Notes: generated from the letters alone by a model not told the origin. DNA of 64,000 nucleotides from Clostridia bacterium (GCA_036260935.1 DATALQ010000013.1:3080-67079); one strand, 5' to 3'; positions 27,436-37,595 are shown, numbered from the stretch's first letter. Translations and numbers: made by a program.

Positions 27436-28941
27436 CTACTTGATCTGCTCCACTTTGAAGCCGTTTGCCTTAAGCTGCGTAACTATTCCGGTCTTACCTT
27501 CCATATGACCCGCTCCAACTACGATAAAATAGGTCTTTTTCTCCGGATCAGCCAGATAACCCTTTGTTTTCTCATACATATTATTATTTCTGGAGGTCCA
27601 GAAAATCTGGTTGAATTCCTTTTCGACCGCAGTCATTTTAGATTCGTCTCCGGCAACAAATTTCTCAACTGTTGCCGAATCGCCGCTTTTCCAGGCTGAA
27701 AGCAAGGCGTTTATCACATCCGGGCCCTGGGGCTGCCCCTCGGAGTTCGTAGCAAACGACGATCCGAAATACCAGACCTGCATTTCCTTTGGAAGGGAAT
27801 CAAAAAGATCGACCTGGAATTTCAATCCTTCGATTTCCTTTAACGGTTTATTGTTAATAGCTTTTGAGGTAAAGTAAATGTCTACTCCCAAATTTGCGAC
27901 ATATGAACTCTGGGCTGCCTGGATGCTCTGTACAAGCATGGCGGCGTACCAGGGCTCGAATTTATTATATACTTCCGGTTTCAGGCCCAGAGGTTCTACT
28001 GTTTTGGCAAACTTGTCATAGAGGTCTTTGGGTACATTCTTATCGAGCGTTTCATCGCCGGCATACATCATCTTCTGCTGCATATATTGTACGCCTTCAG
28101 CCTGTTTTGTGAGGTCGATCTCCTCAACCAGATAGTCTGATTTGTCAAAGGCGTTCAGTATGTTTTTCGATAACGGATAGAGAGACGGATCAGCCAGGTG
28201 AATCGATCCCAGCAGATAAACCGAGCTATCCTCGTCGCTCGCCTTCCAGAGTAAGCCCTTTGAATCCTTGCCGGTTTCATATACAGTAAATTCATAGACC
28301 CTACGTACGAAAACCATAAGTTCCTGCCGTGTACAAGGCTTATCAAGCTCCAGGCGGTTTACTCCCCTGCCCTGCAGCAAGTTTTCAGATACGAAATACT
28401 TGATAGGATCAGGAGCCCCATTTGCACTGTTATCCTGTTCAAGGTTTATTTTTGCAGCCTTTAGAGCTTCATAAACGACATCCGCCATCTCATCCCTGGT
28501 AATAGGCTGTCCGGGCTCCAGTTTGCCGTCGCCCTTCAGTATGCCGATTGCTGCCGCAGCCTTGACTCCCTGGCTGTCCGCATCGCTGAACGGACTTTTC
28601 TCCAGCGGGATTATAGCTTTTCCGGTAATCCTCTGATACAGGTTGCATGCAACGGCGTATAATTCTTCCCGTGTAACGGCTGAAGCGTATTTGGTGAACA
28701 TATTCTGACTTGCCAGACCATAAATGGCAGACCAGTTAACGCCATCAAACGCCCATGCGCTGGGCTGCTCGGCAGGCGCTGCTGCCTGCTGGGTTGCCAG
28801 TTGAGGCGCCTGCTCCGAAGCTTGTCCCGACTGCTGTGTCTGCTGAGGCTGTGCATTGTCCTGAGCATAGACCCCAGCCTGGAGGGCAATAAAAATTGTT
28901 AAGCAAAGTAAAATGCTAATTACCTTAAATTTTTTCCCCAT
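27436..28941 (-). CDS. Secreted TraB/GumN-family protein with three SLH-like N-terminal modules
   Basis: Signal peptide MGKKFKVISILLCLTIFIALQAGVYA. SLH-like segments (FSDADSQGVKAAAAIGILKGDGKLEPGQPITRDEMA). TraB/GumN core LLWKASDEDSSVYLLGSIHLAD ... FIVVGAGHM. Confidence 0.75.
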   Translation of the reverse strand: MGKKFKVISILLCLTIFIALQAGVYAQDNAQPQQTQQSGQASEQAPQLATQQAAAPAEQPSAWAFDGVNWSAIYGLASQNMFTKYASAVTREELYAVACNLYQRITGKAIIPLEKSPFSDADSQGVKAAAAIGILKGDGKLEPGQPITRDEMADVVYEALKAAKINLEQDNSANGAPDPIKYFVSENLLQGRGVNRLELDKPCTRQELMVFVRRVYEFTVYETGKDSKGLLWKASDEDSSVYLLGSIHLADPSLYPLSKNILNAFDKSDYLVEEIDLTKQAEGVQYMQQKMMYAGDETLDKNVPKDLYDKFAKTVEPLGLKPEVYNKFEPWYAAMLVQSIQAAQSSYVANLGVDIYFTSKAINNKPLKEIEGLKFQVDLFDSLPKEMQVWYFGSSFATNSEGQPQGPDVINALLSAWKSGDSATVEKFVAGDESKMTAVEKEFNQIFWTSRNNNMYEKTKGYLADPEKKTYFIVVGAGHMEGKTGIVTQLKANGFKVEQIK

Positions 28942-28969
28942 TGATATATCTCCTATCTTGTAAATAATG

Positions 28970-29167
28970 TTAAACCTTTTTCAGCCTTTTCCAACTTTTT
29001 TCAATAACATAGCATACAATTACAACCAAACTTGCTATACTGGTAATTATGAAAGTTATTCTTAACAACGGCATATTTGTTAACACATAGTTCAATCCTG
29101 TCAATAATGAACCTAAAATACATGCAGCTATCGAAAATTTATATGCCTTAAATTTATTCTTAAACAA
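28970..29167 (-). CDS. Small 2-TM membrane protein
   Basis: 65 aa, hydrophobic, within the AT-rich islet. Confidence 0.4.
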   Translation of the reverse strand: MFKNKFKAYKFSIAACILGSLLTGLNYVLTNMPLLRITFIITSIASLVVIVCYVIEKSWKRLKKV

Positions 29168-29327
29168 TCAATCCCCCCTCACATATATGATTAAGCATTT
29201 CATAATTATCCATATTTTATCTATACTTGCTGTTTTTTTCAATATTTATATTCATAACTTAAAAGAAAACGTATTAACAGCATTGGCGCAACGGACCCGT
29301 GCTATTTCCCAGAAGAGCGATAAATAC

Positions 29328-29744
29328 CTATTCGGGTATGTGAACGTAGGCATTAATCTGCCTGATAAATAATTCCTTATCTTTAATGGATAAAATAAAA
29401 TCTCTGCTATGCGTCTTTATTCTTAATTTGGATTTGGCTAATGCAAAAAAATTATATCCTTTATCAGTTACTTCAATAGCTTCAATACTTTCATAACTAA
29501 TACTTTTGTTGAGAAATCCAAAGAAAAATATATTTATACTATTATCATCAAGTGTGCAATAGCTCGCAAATATCAAAACCAGAGAAATAAGTAATACTGG
29601 TAGATACAAGATACTTATTAAGGCGAATGCTTCACTAAATGAAAATGTTACGGTTTTATTTAGAATTGCTATTACTACAGAAATAATATAAGGGATAATT
29701 AAAGGTAAAAGATGAAACGCTTCAATTTTGAATGAAAATTTCAT
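29328..29744 (-). CDS. Membrane protein: 3 TM plus a bacterial PH-like C-terminal domain
   Basis: 138 aa. The tail ISYESIEAIEVTDKGYNFFALAKSKLRIKTHSRDFILSIKDKELFIRQI resembles bPH-type domains (inference). Confidence 0.45.
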   Translation of the reverse strand: MKFSFKIEAFHLLPLIIPYIISVVIAILNKTVTFSFSEAFALISILYLPVLLISLVLIFASYCTLDDNSINIFFFGFLNKSISYESIEAIEVTDKGYNFFALAKSKLRIKTHSRDFILSIKDKELFIRQINAYVHIPE

Positions 29745-29798
29745 AAATTAATCATAGCCTCATAAATCATATAAGTCCCCGTCACTACTGTTGTAATT

Positions 29799-30440
29799 TT
29801 AGTCGTAAATCGTTATTCCTGCATCATACTTCCCGATAAACTCGATAAATTTGTCTTTCAGAAGCTCATTGGCAGCAAGTTTCGTTTTTGCGCCTCTACA
29901 GTCCGTCAAGCCGATAGTATAACCCATGCCAAGCTTCCTTCGGATGATTTCGACTTTTGCAATTTCTTTTATCGGTACCGTCAGCTTCCTCGTGCCCAGG
30001 AACAGGTATTCCTGATCGGAATAAACATAACCTTCCAAAGATGAGAGCAGAACCGGAGCGGCAACTACAAGGCTTAAGCCTCTGAAACCTTCAGGGTAAG
30101 CGCCCGAAGCGATCAGATACAAGGCAAAAGAGATGTTTATCATACTGAATAATATAATTAGAAAAATCATCGCTTTCAAACCTGACCCCGATATAAGGAC
30201 GCAACCCGGCCTGCTGATATGTTCGCTTATCACCGAGGCCGTTATGGTCATATAAATCAAACTGAAAACAAATACCAGTTGAAAAACAATCCCGGTAATT
30301 TTGTAAACGCAAGATACTCCGCTCATCAATAAAAAGACGGTACAAATCGTTGCTGCAGCAATAAGGGTGAAAAATAACAGAAGGAAAATCACTTGTTTAT
30401 TTCTTTTTAACGATAAAAAACCGATATGTTTATATTTCAT
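29799..30440 (-). CDS. Membrane protein: about 5 TM plus a PH-like C-terminal domain
   Basis: 213 aa. The tail LTVPIKEIAKVEIIRRKLGMGYTIGLTDCRGAKTKLAANELLKDKFIEFI. A TTGACA-type promoter-like sequence lies at about 30505-30535 on the minus strand. Confidence 0.45.
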   Translation of the reverse strand: MKYKHIGFLSLKRNKQVIFLLLFFTLIAAATICTVFLLMSGVSCVYKITGIVFQLVFVFSLIYMTITASVISEHISRPGCVLISGSGLKAMIFLIILFSMINISFALYLIASGAYPEGFRGLSLVVAAPVLLSSLEGYVYSDQEYLFLGTRKLTVPIKEIAKVEIIRRKLGMGYTIGLTDCRGAKTKLAANELLKDKFIEFIGKYDAGITIYD

Positions 30441-31029
30441 GTCCTAATCCTTGTATAAATTGGTATTTGAACCATTTTAGATTATATTAATATAAATCTT
30501 ATAATTATGTAATATAAATGTCAATCAAATTTAAAGAAAAAGAGGATAATCTGTTAAGATCATCCTCTTACGATTTAAACCCGAAAAGCCGTTCCCCCAT
30601 ATTTTGACACCTAGCCCGATGCTAGGTGGGTGTCCTGCTGACAGCTGCAATCTTCCACCGCCGTTGCACATGTTCGAGACATATGACGGAATTAACTTGT
30701 GGCCTGATATATCCTGTCAAACGCCAGACTCCCTTATGAAAAATGTAGGTTCAAAATAATAGGTTTATCCGAGCATTTCAGGTCGTACGCTATTCAATTG
30801 TCTTTGGCCTTGAAAGCCATCGATACTGCGCGATCCCAAGTTTCGTCCGGATCGCTTTCTGTGTTCTTATTATAGCACCGACGAATACCGTTAACAACAA
30901 AGAGTAATCACATTTAAGCCTGTAATGCGCTTTCTTATTCAATCTGCCTTCGATTATCTGCGTTAATCAAACAAACAGTATCAGTTGTAAGGGAATTCAT
31001 GGCAACACAGCCATTTGCCCTGTTTTGCC

Positions 31030-31305
31030 TCAATATATTTTTGTATATTTATTTTTCATAAACTGCTGTTCCACCTGATATATTTCCCGTATTGCGATTT
31101 TGTTGAAAAGAGCCTCCTGCAGCACCAGATCCTTATACTCCAACGGGAATTTCAGGCAGTAGCTGCAACCTCCCTTTGCAATCTGGCAAGGCGTCGAAAT
31201 CACCTCAAAAACATATCCCCTTTTCTCCAATATGGTACAGAGCTTGAGCGCGTAATTTCCCGAGTCCGTAATAGCTATGGCATCCATGTCAGGCACCCCC
31301 ATCAT
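31030..31305 (-). CDS. DUF3343-like small protein
   Basis: AIAITDSGNYALKLCTILEKRGYVFEVISTPCQIAKGGCSYCLKF matches the recalled DUF3343 pattern (liPtP..i...CG.al.f). Confidence 0.6.
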   Translation of the reverse strand: MMGVPDMDAIAITDSGNYALKLCTILEKRGYVFEVISTPCQIAKGGCSYCLKFPLEYKDLVLQEALFNKIAIREIYQVEQQFMKNKYTKIY

Positions 31306-31362
31306 CCATCAAATAATTCCATCTATATCTTATTGGAGGTGCGCCGATAGTGTTACAACCGT

Positions 31363-32280
31363 CTACACGCCTATCCTGTGTTCCCTGGCAAAATAGAAGA
31401 GATATTGCTGCGCAATGCCCGCATATTTCCCGAAATAGTCCAGGGCAAACCCGCGAATTTCGTTGATCCCGGTCTCCTGCTTGAAATATAGCTCTTCCAT
31501 GACACGCTTCACCCAGACATCGGTGGGAAATACGTCAAGGCAGGTACCGCTGAACAGGAGAATGCAGTCCGCCACCTTGCCTCCGACGCCTTTGAGCCCA
31601 AGCAAAGCCTTTCTGGCAGCATCGGTGCTTATCCCGGCGAGACTGCCCAAATCAAAGCTGCCGCTTGCAACAGTCTCAGCCGTCTCATTGATATAGCTGC
31701 AGCGGTAACCTGCCCGGCATGCCTTCAGCTGGTCCAGGCTGCAGGAAGCCAAGCTTTTCGGGCCGGGAAAGCTAAAAAAGCTGCGGCCTTCATAATATAG
31801 CTCTTCACCGAAATTTTTCGATATATCATTAATAATTTTAATTATTCTGGGTATGTTGTTGTTTGCAGAAACAATAAACGAGATCACTGTCTCCCATATT
31901 TCCTGACGCAGCAGCCTTATGCCGCTTCCGAATTCGACCGCTTCCTTCATTATATCGTCGACGGCTACGGCTTCTTTTATTTTGCTGTAATCCCTGCCCA
32001 GATCGAAATAATCGAACCATACCCGGTCTAACTCATCCAGAGTAACGTTTCTCAGGATCAAAGCGCCATCCTCGCAAGCCACATTTGCAGCCCTTCCACG
32101 CGCAACTCCCGTATAGCTCCCATCCTGCTCCCTGCTCCAGCGGAAGCACTGCCCGCATTCAAACACCTGAACCGGGTCGAAATCGTGTACATCCCGGATT
32201 ATTATGCGTGGGATGCTGCTGTCCCCGGTAATAGAACTCCGTTCTTCGCCAATTTCAATTTCATAGCCCCTGTAAAACAT
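31363..32280 (-). CDS. ogg: 8-oxoguanine DNA glycosylase / DNA lyase (Ogg, HhH-GPD)
   Basis: FECGQCFRW N-domain motif and HhH-GPD GLKGVGGKVADCILLF...VFPTDVWV. Confidence 0.85.
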   Translation of the reverse strand: MFYRGYEIEIGEERSSITGDSSIPRIIIRDVHDFDPVQVFECGQCFRWSREQDGSYTGVARGRAANVACEDGALILRNVTLDELDRVWFDYFDLGRDYSKIKEAVAVDDIMKEAVEFGSGIRLLRQEIWETVISFIVSANNNIPRIIKIINDISKNFGEELYYEGRSFFSFPGPKSLASCSLDQLKACRAGYRCSYINETAETVASGSFDLGSLAGISTDAARKALLGLKGVGGKVADCILLFSGTCLDVFPTDVWVKRVMEELYFKQETGINEIRGFALDYFGKYAGIAQQYLFYFAREHRIGV

Positions 32281-32411
32281 AGGAAAACTCCCCCGTACCC
32301 CGACCTATCCAATTCACTCGGCCAATGCTATAATTGTTATGTTACTTTTACCATTGTAACATACATTCAAAACAGGCAGCGATAAGGTAAAATCATGCAA
32401 GGAGAGCGCGA

Positions 32412-33209
32412 ATGAAGGAAAAAATCTATACGATACCTGTAACGGAGGCCTTCGGCCAGGACCACGAATGTCCTGTCTGTCTTCTTGAAAGCAAGCTGGA
32501 GAGCGAATATACGGATTACTACCTTGGACCCGCGCTTATGGAGCCGGATTCCCGGATCGACACAAATAAAAGAGGTTTTTGCCGGAAGCATTTCGAATTG
32601 TTATACAACAGGCAGGAAAATCGGCTGGGACTTGCCCTTGAAACAGATACTCACCTTAGGGAAAAGCTTGAGGAACTGAGGGAAGCTTCAAAAGCAGTCA
32701 TAGATGCCGCGAATGGCAAGAAATCGTCCGGAGGAGTCCTCGGCTCACTTTCAGGTATGTTTTCAGCCAGGGGGGCCGCCTCTTCCAGAGCCGCCACAGG
32801 TAACACAGCAGCAGCCGGTCTGATGGAATTGCTGATGAATATCGAAGATAGCTGCACCGTCTGCAGCAGGCTCGAACAAACGATGGACAGGTATTATGAC
32901 GTTATCATGTACCTGTGGTCAAAGGAAACGGATTTCCGCAGGCTTTTCTCAGAGAAAAAGGGCTTCTGCCTGATCCATTTCAAGCACTTACTCTTTGCTT
33001 CCAATAAGTATTTGAACGCCGATGAAAGAAGCCAATTTCAAGGCATACTGGTACGCCAGCAGCTCGAGAATCTGGAGAGGATCGAAAAGGAGCTGGACTG
33101 GTTCACCAAAAAGTTCGACTACCGTAATAACGACGCACCCTGGGGGAATTCGAAGGATGCACTGCCCCGCAGCATACAGAAGCTGAAGGGCTACAGCAAT
33201 TTGAAATAG
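32412..33209 (+). CDS. Conserved clostridial CxxC protein (DUF6062-like)
   Basis: MKEKIYTIPVTEAFGQDHECPVCLLE ... CTVCSRLE ... two CxxC pairs. Family name from memory only. Confidence 0.5.
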   Translation: MKEKIYTIPVTEAFGQDHECPVCLLESKLESEYTDYYLGPALMEPDSRIDTNKRGFCRKHFELLYNRQENRLGLALETDTHLREKLEELREASKAVIDAANGKKSSGGVLGSLSGMFSARGAASSRAATGNTAAAGLMELLMNIEDSCTVCSRLEQTMDRYYDVIMYLWSKETDFRRLFSEKKGFCLIHFKHLLFASNKYLNADERSQFQGILVRQQLENLERIEKELDWFTKKFDYRNNDAPWGNSKDALPRSIQKLKGYSNLK

Positions 33210-33450
33210 TCAGCTGCTGTGGCGATTGGTTTCTATTGCGGAGTTTTGTTCAAAGAGCATATAGACTCAGCTTGGTGACAAATTTAACAATAGTATTTGC
33301 AAGCAAATACTTACAGATGAAACGAAATGCGAAGCATTTCATATTGCTCCGCTAAACGCTGCGCTCAAACAGAAATTTGCCCTTAACAATGCCTCGTCAA
33401 TATGCTCTAATTCGCAAAACTCATGCAATATCAACCAACTGCCACGGCAG

Positions 33451-34197
33451 CTACCCCACCTGTATATACGAATTCCCGTCAAGCGGGATCAGCACCTCCA
33501 GCGGAGCTACGCCGCTTATCTGCCCTACGGCATAAATCGTATAGAACCTGCCCGCGCCAAGGGTTATATTGGGAACGTAAAGCAATCTGGTTCCGGTATT
33601 GCTTTGCATGATATTGAATACATACATACCTGCCGCAACAGGCGTATAATTCGTCGCCATGCCGTAGGAAACACCTTCGAAAAGCCTTTGCCCGTTCGCA
33701 AGCAGATCCATGCCGGGGCTGTCGGGCGAAAGGTTTGCAAAACGGAGGTACAACCGTCCCGCAGGAATCTGTATAACTGTCTCAAAGTAAGTCCTGATGC
33801 TTATCGATGGCGATAACCCTGTCAAAGCCGCCGTCATTATAGATCTCGCAGGTATTTCGACCTGCGTGTCCAGCAGTGCGGGTCCTGTAGTACCGGCCGG
33901 AAATACGGTTATACCGTATGTGCCCGGAAGTATCTGAAAGTACTCGGTAAACCCTTTATAAGCCACTCCTGAAGCCACCAGGGCGGCATTTGCATAGACA
34001 TCGACCGGCTCCAGGTTTGGGGAAGCGTTAAACAGCCGAACATACGAATAGGTCTGCCTTGTGCTGGTGTATATAATCCCCTGTGTCGGAGCGATCCACC
34101 CCCGTTCGGGCAATGACTGGCTGAAATACGGACATGGCCGTTTAGCCTGGTAATCTTCCAGGTTATAGATGTATGGATATCCATTTTGGAAAAACAT
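33451..34197 (-). CDS. DUF4397 domain protein
   Basis: Two repeats of the DUF4397 pattern: VRLFNASPNLEPVDVYANAALVASGVAYKGFTEY and LRFANLSPDSPGMDLLANGQRLFEGVSYG. Confidence 0.7.
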   Translation of the reverse strand: MFFQNGYPYIYNLEDYQAKRPCPYFSQSLPERGWIAPTQGIIYTSTRQTYSYVRLFNASPNLEPVDVYANAALVASGVAYKGFTEYFQILPGTYGITVFPAGTTGPALLDTQVEIPARSIMTAALTGLSPSISIRTYFETVIQIPAGRLYLRFANLSPDSPGMDLLANGQRLFEGVSYGMATNYTPVAAGMYVFNIMQSNTGTRLLYVPNITLGAGRFYTIYAVGQISGVAPLEVLIPLDGNSYIQVG

Positions 34198-34460
34198 GCT
34201 GAATCCCCCTTCACATGACGAAAAAAGGTACCAGGGCAGTCACCCATGATACCATTATATTTTTTCATTCAATTAAAGGTTACATTTATCGTATTTTATG
34301 TCTCTCAACACTGTCCGAGGCCTTATATGATATAATGACAAATGCAAAGCGTATGAGGAAGGATTTGTCTGTATGTCTAAAAAATCCGGTTACCTTGACA
34401 AGCTGGCCGGCAGAACGGAGTTTACTGCCGATATCCCAAGAGGATTGTAACAATAAGCTG

Positions 34461-35282
34461 TTATTTCTCTATAACCAGGCTTTTAACCGTTACATTCACC
34501 TGTTTGATGTTCAGGGCAGTAAGCTTCTCGACCTCTTCGCCGACCTTCCTCTGTACCTCCTGGATAAGCTCCCTTATCCTGCAGCCGTATATGAGTACGA
34601 GGTCCATTTCCATATACGTCCCCTCAGGCCGGTTTTCAGCCCTGAACCTGGATATTTTGCTGACTCCCTTTACGTTTGTGACGACATATTCAACGATCTG
34701 GTAAACGGTATAGTCCGATATCGTATAATTGCCCAGATAGCTGAAGGTTGGCCTTACAACGGACTTTTCGCCATCGAACTGGAAATTGACCTTGCCCTTC
34801 CTCCGAAAGATCTGCAGAGGATCCAGAAAGTAACCTGAAAAATCCTTTTTGATCTCAAACGTAGGAACAGGTATTACATGCTTTCCCTGTTCCCTCCTGG
34901 TTGCCACGGCCTGCTTGATCTCGAATTCATCCGCCACATCCTCGATATGCACCCACCCGCTGATAGCAGGCAGCCCCAGCCTTTCCGCTATCCTCTGAAC
35001 CATTTCGTCGGAAGTGCCTAGTATCAAAATGGCTTCGGGCTTATAACGCCGGATGGCATCAGTTACCTCAAGGGCATGAGCGTCCTCGGTAAATAAAGCG
35101 CATTTTATAGAGCCGATCCTCGTCTTTTCCCTCTTGGCGGATTTACCGGCTATGACCTGATTCGATTTGATAAGCAACCCGTCATCTATAATAAACTGAA
35201 TATCTCTTTCACTGGCGACCCACGAAGCTCGGTGGCTCTTGCCCGTACCGCTGGCTCCGACAAAACCGACTGTCTTCAACAA
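34461..35282 (-). CDS. P-loop NTPase fused to an Asp23/Gls24-like domain
   Basis: TTG start behind CAGGAGG. Walker A GFVGASGTGKSH. The C-terminal YTVYQIVEYVVTNVKGVSKI...GTYMEMDLVLIYGCRIRELIQEVQRKVGEEVEKLTALNIKQVNVTVKSL is Asp23-like. Confidence 0.6.
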   Translation of the reverse strand: MLKTVGFVGASGTGKSHRASWVASERDIQFIIDDGLLIKSNQVIAGKSAKREKTRIGSIKCALFTEDAHALEVTDAIRRYKPEAILILGTSDEMVQRIAERLGLPAISGWVHIEDVADEFEIKQAVATRREQGKHVIPVPTFEIKKDFSGYFLDPLQIFRRKGKVNFQFDGEKSVVRPTFSYLGNYTISDYTVYQIVEYVVTNVKGVSKISRFRAENRPEGTYMEMDLVLIYGCRIRELIQEVQRKVGEEVEKLTALNIKQVNVTVKSLVIEK

Positions 35283-35760
35283 GCAGACCTCCTGATCATC
35301 TATAAAAACTCAAAGGCGCATCGATTACCTCAGAGTTTTGAACAAGACTGCATGGTATGTATATATCTTACCAGAACCCGGAGGCTGCCGCAATAAAAAC
35401 CAGCCTTAAAAGCCCTTAGAAATGGGAAAAAGAGAGTCATTGACTCTCTTTTCTTTCCCCGGATCCTCTTCATTTGTACACTTTATCAACTTGTCGTTTG
35501 TAACTTGAATGCTTTATCTTTAGTAAAATATTTAAACTTCAATTTTTAACTATATTATGTATCAAATATAAACATTTTATACACTATGTTGTGTTACACG
35601 TATATTTTATCATCCTATTACAACTTGTCAATATATATTGATAAATATTTTTGTTGAAAATACCAGTTGAAAGTATATTTTTGCTGGTTTATATCGGATT
35701 TTCTGAATTCAGTTCGGGAGCGTCCGTCGATATGGTTCAGCTTCACTGGCCGCGAGGCAT

Positions 35761-35790
35761 AAAAAAAGGGCTTTTGAGCCCTTTTATTTT
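35761..35790 (-). terminator. Intrinsic terminator after the YtxC-like gene
   Basis: Minus strand aaaagggctcaaaagccc followed by TTTTTTT. Confidence 0.7.
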
Positions 35791-35792
35791 CC

Positions 35793-36716
35793 CTACTTTT
35801 TCGTTTCGCTTTTAATCATTTTTACGGAACAGATTTCACAGCCCTGACAGAGAATTACCCGTCCTGCAAAAACGTTTTTGATCGTTTCCATCAGTTCCTT
35901 GTTTCTGAACTGACCGGTACTGTGGATTACTATTTTCCTTGGCGCAAACGTAATCAACGAGCTTACCAGCAAATCATCATAATTTATTTCTCCTTCTGAT
36001 ATCTCGTTGACGTACTCCTGGATACATTCATTCGTAATCTCGTTTTTGGATCCGTCCAGCAGCGTGTAATGGTTGTCGTAACTGACAATCACATGGACAG
36101 TGTCGATTTTGGGTTCCTGAATATCGACAAAATACCTCAGCAATCTGATAAATTCCCTATACTCACGATCCATAAGGAAGTCGTCGACAGCTTTATCCAC
36201 CACTTCCTCAAGGTCCTTAATATACTCCTTCAGCCGGAAGTTGACGAAACCGTCGAGAATTATATTATTGGAGTTATCAAAATAATCCATCAGCCTCCTG
36301 ACGATGACGTTTCTTCTTCTGATCTGGAAAAGGCTGTTGATGAACGTTTTATCATCGTTTCTGATGATATTGAGGGCTCTGTCCAGTATTTCCTTCCTCT
36401 CGGCAGCATTGAAATAGCAAAAGTTGCTGTTGATTGTCCGGACGAGAAGCCTCTCCTCATACTGTCTGATGATATAATCGGCAAGTGCGTTCGAAATATA
36501 TGTTTTAAGCACCTTGTACGATTCAAGGGATTTCTCACGATAAAATCTGCCATCGTTCACCGTGCATATAATGGAAGTCGAGCCTTCGGAATTCACCTCA
36601 TTGATGGAGTAATTGATTTTTTTGTTTTTCAATTGCCGGAGTTCATTCTTTATATGCTGCATAACCATTTCTGCGCTGCCGTTCACTCCAATGCAAAGAA
36701 ACTGCATCAACTTCAC
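35793..36716 (-). CDS. YtxC-like sporulation protein (tentative)
   Basis: 307 aa. Size, composition and the terminal CQGCEIC motif recall the YtxC family. The antisense 274-aa plus ORF is rejected. Confidence 0.45.
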   Translation of the reverse strand: MKLMQFLCIGVNGSAEMVMQHIKNELRQLKNKKINYSINEVNSEGSTSIICTVNDGRFYREKSLESYKVLKTYISNALADYIIRQYEERLLVRTINSNFCYFNAAERKEILDRALNIIRNDDKTFINSLFQIRRRNVIVRRLMDYFDNSNNIILDGFVNFRLKEYIKDLEEVVDKAVDDFLMDREYREFIRLLRYFVDIQEPKIDTVHVIVSYDNHYTLLDGSKNEITNECIQEYVNEISEGEINYDDLLVSSLITFAPRKIVIHSTGQFRNKELMETIKNVFAGRVILCQGCEICSVKMIKSETKK

Positions 36717-36833
36717 ATCCCTTCAAGTGCTAGTATATGTCTAAGCAAAATGTTGTATGCAGCCCTGAAACCATGCAAATTATCCCACATATTTTACATT
36801 GGTTCCTGTTTTTGCCAATACATTATCGTAACC

Positions 36834-37595
36834 TTATATATTATATGTGGAAAGAGGAAGAATGGAACCGATGTCGGTAACGTAGTCTTTTGAAAGTTCT
36901 TTTACCGTGATGTGCTTTCTGGAAAGGAAGGAAACCAGCGCTTCTCCGCTGGTCAGCTTTTCGAGACAGCCGTTTACTGCACAGACGGAGCTTGAGATCA
37001 TCCCGCAGGAACCGCCGATGAAGCCGTAGTTTAAGCCTGGCAGCCTGATAGAACACTCGTTTTCGAGAAATAAAACATCCAGACCTTTTTTTTCTGCAAT
37101 TCTGGCGATACCAGCATCAGTCGTTACGATGGAGTTCTCGTCAACCGCAAGAAGGGAGCATTTTGAGTAGCCCTGTTCAACATGGACCGGTTCGGCTCCA
37201 AGCCGGTCAAGCTGTTCGCGCAATACGCGGTCAGTGTATTTAAGGTTATGAAAATACAGGTGTCCCACTCTGGCAGCATTGTAAGGGATATCGAATGGGT
37301 ATGAGGGAGCCAGCACACATTCACCCATGGTCATTTCAAATCCATAGGTTGAAAGGATATCAAGCATGGACCGGTCGGTACCTGGAGCATATATTATCCG
37401 GTTGCCGCCTACATGGTGAAGCTGCATATCCGGATGACTCTCTACCGCCTTGTACAAAGCAGCGTGGGGCGGCATTATCAGCGCCTTGATCCCCAGTTTC
37501 GAAAGACCTGCGATTGCCTCACTTCCCGTTTCCGCGCCGACCAAGACCAGCCAGGCCGGTTTTGCGGGCAGATTTGGCTGCTGTATGAACTGCAT
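36834..37595 (-). CDS. Hypothetical pentein (guanidino-group-modifying enzyme)-like protein
   Basis: 253 aa. HPDMQLHH and the C-proximal FIGGSCGM resemble the His and Cys catalytic motifs of amidinotransferase/DDAH-fold enzymes (inference). Confidence 0.4.
   Translation of the reverse strand: MQFIQQPNLPAKPAWLVLVGAETGSEAIAGLSKLGIKALIMPPHAALYKAVESHPDMQLHHVGGNRIIYAPGTDRSMLDILSTYGFEMTMGECVLAPSYPFDIPYNAARVGHLYFHNLKYTDRVLREQLDRLGAEPVHVEQGYSKCSLLAVDENSIVTTDAGIARIAEKKGLDVLFLENECSIRLPGLNYGFIGGSCGMISSSVCAVNGCLEKLTSGEALVSFLSRKHITVKELSKDYVTDIGSILPLSTYNI

Noticed and set aside
36069-36893. 274-aa plus-strand ORF antisense to the YtxC-like gene
   Set aside because: It has no SD, runs through the terminator and promoter region of neighbouring genes, and the minus-strand ORF ends at a clean terminator.
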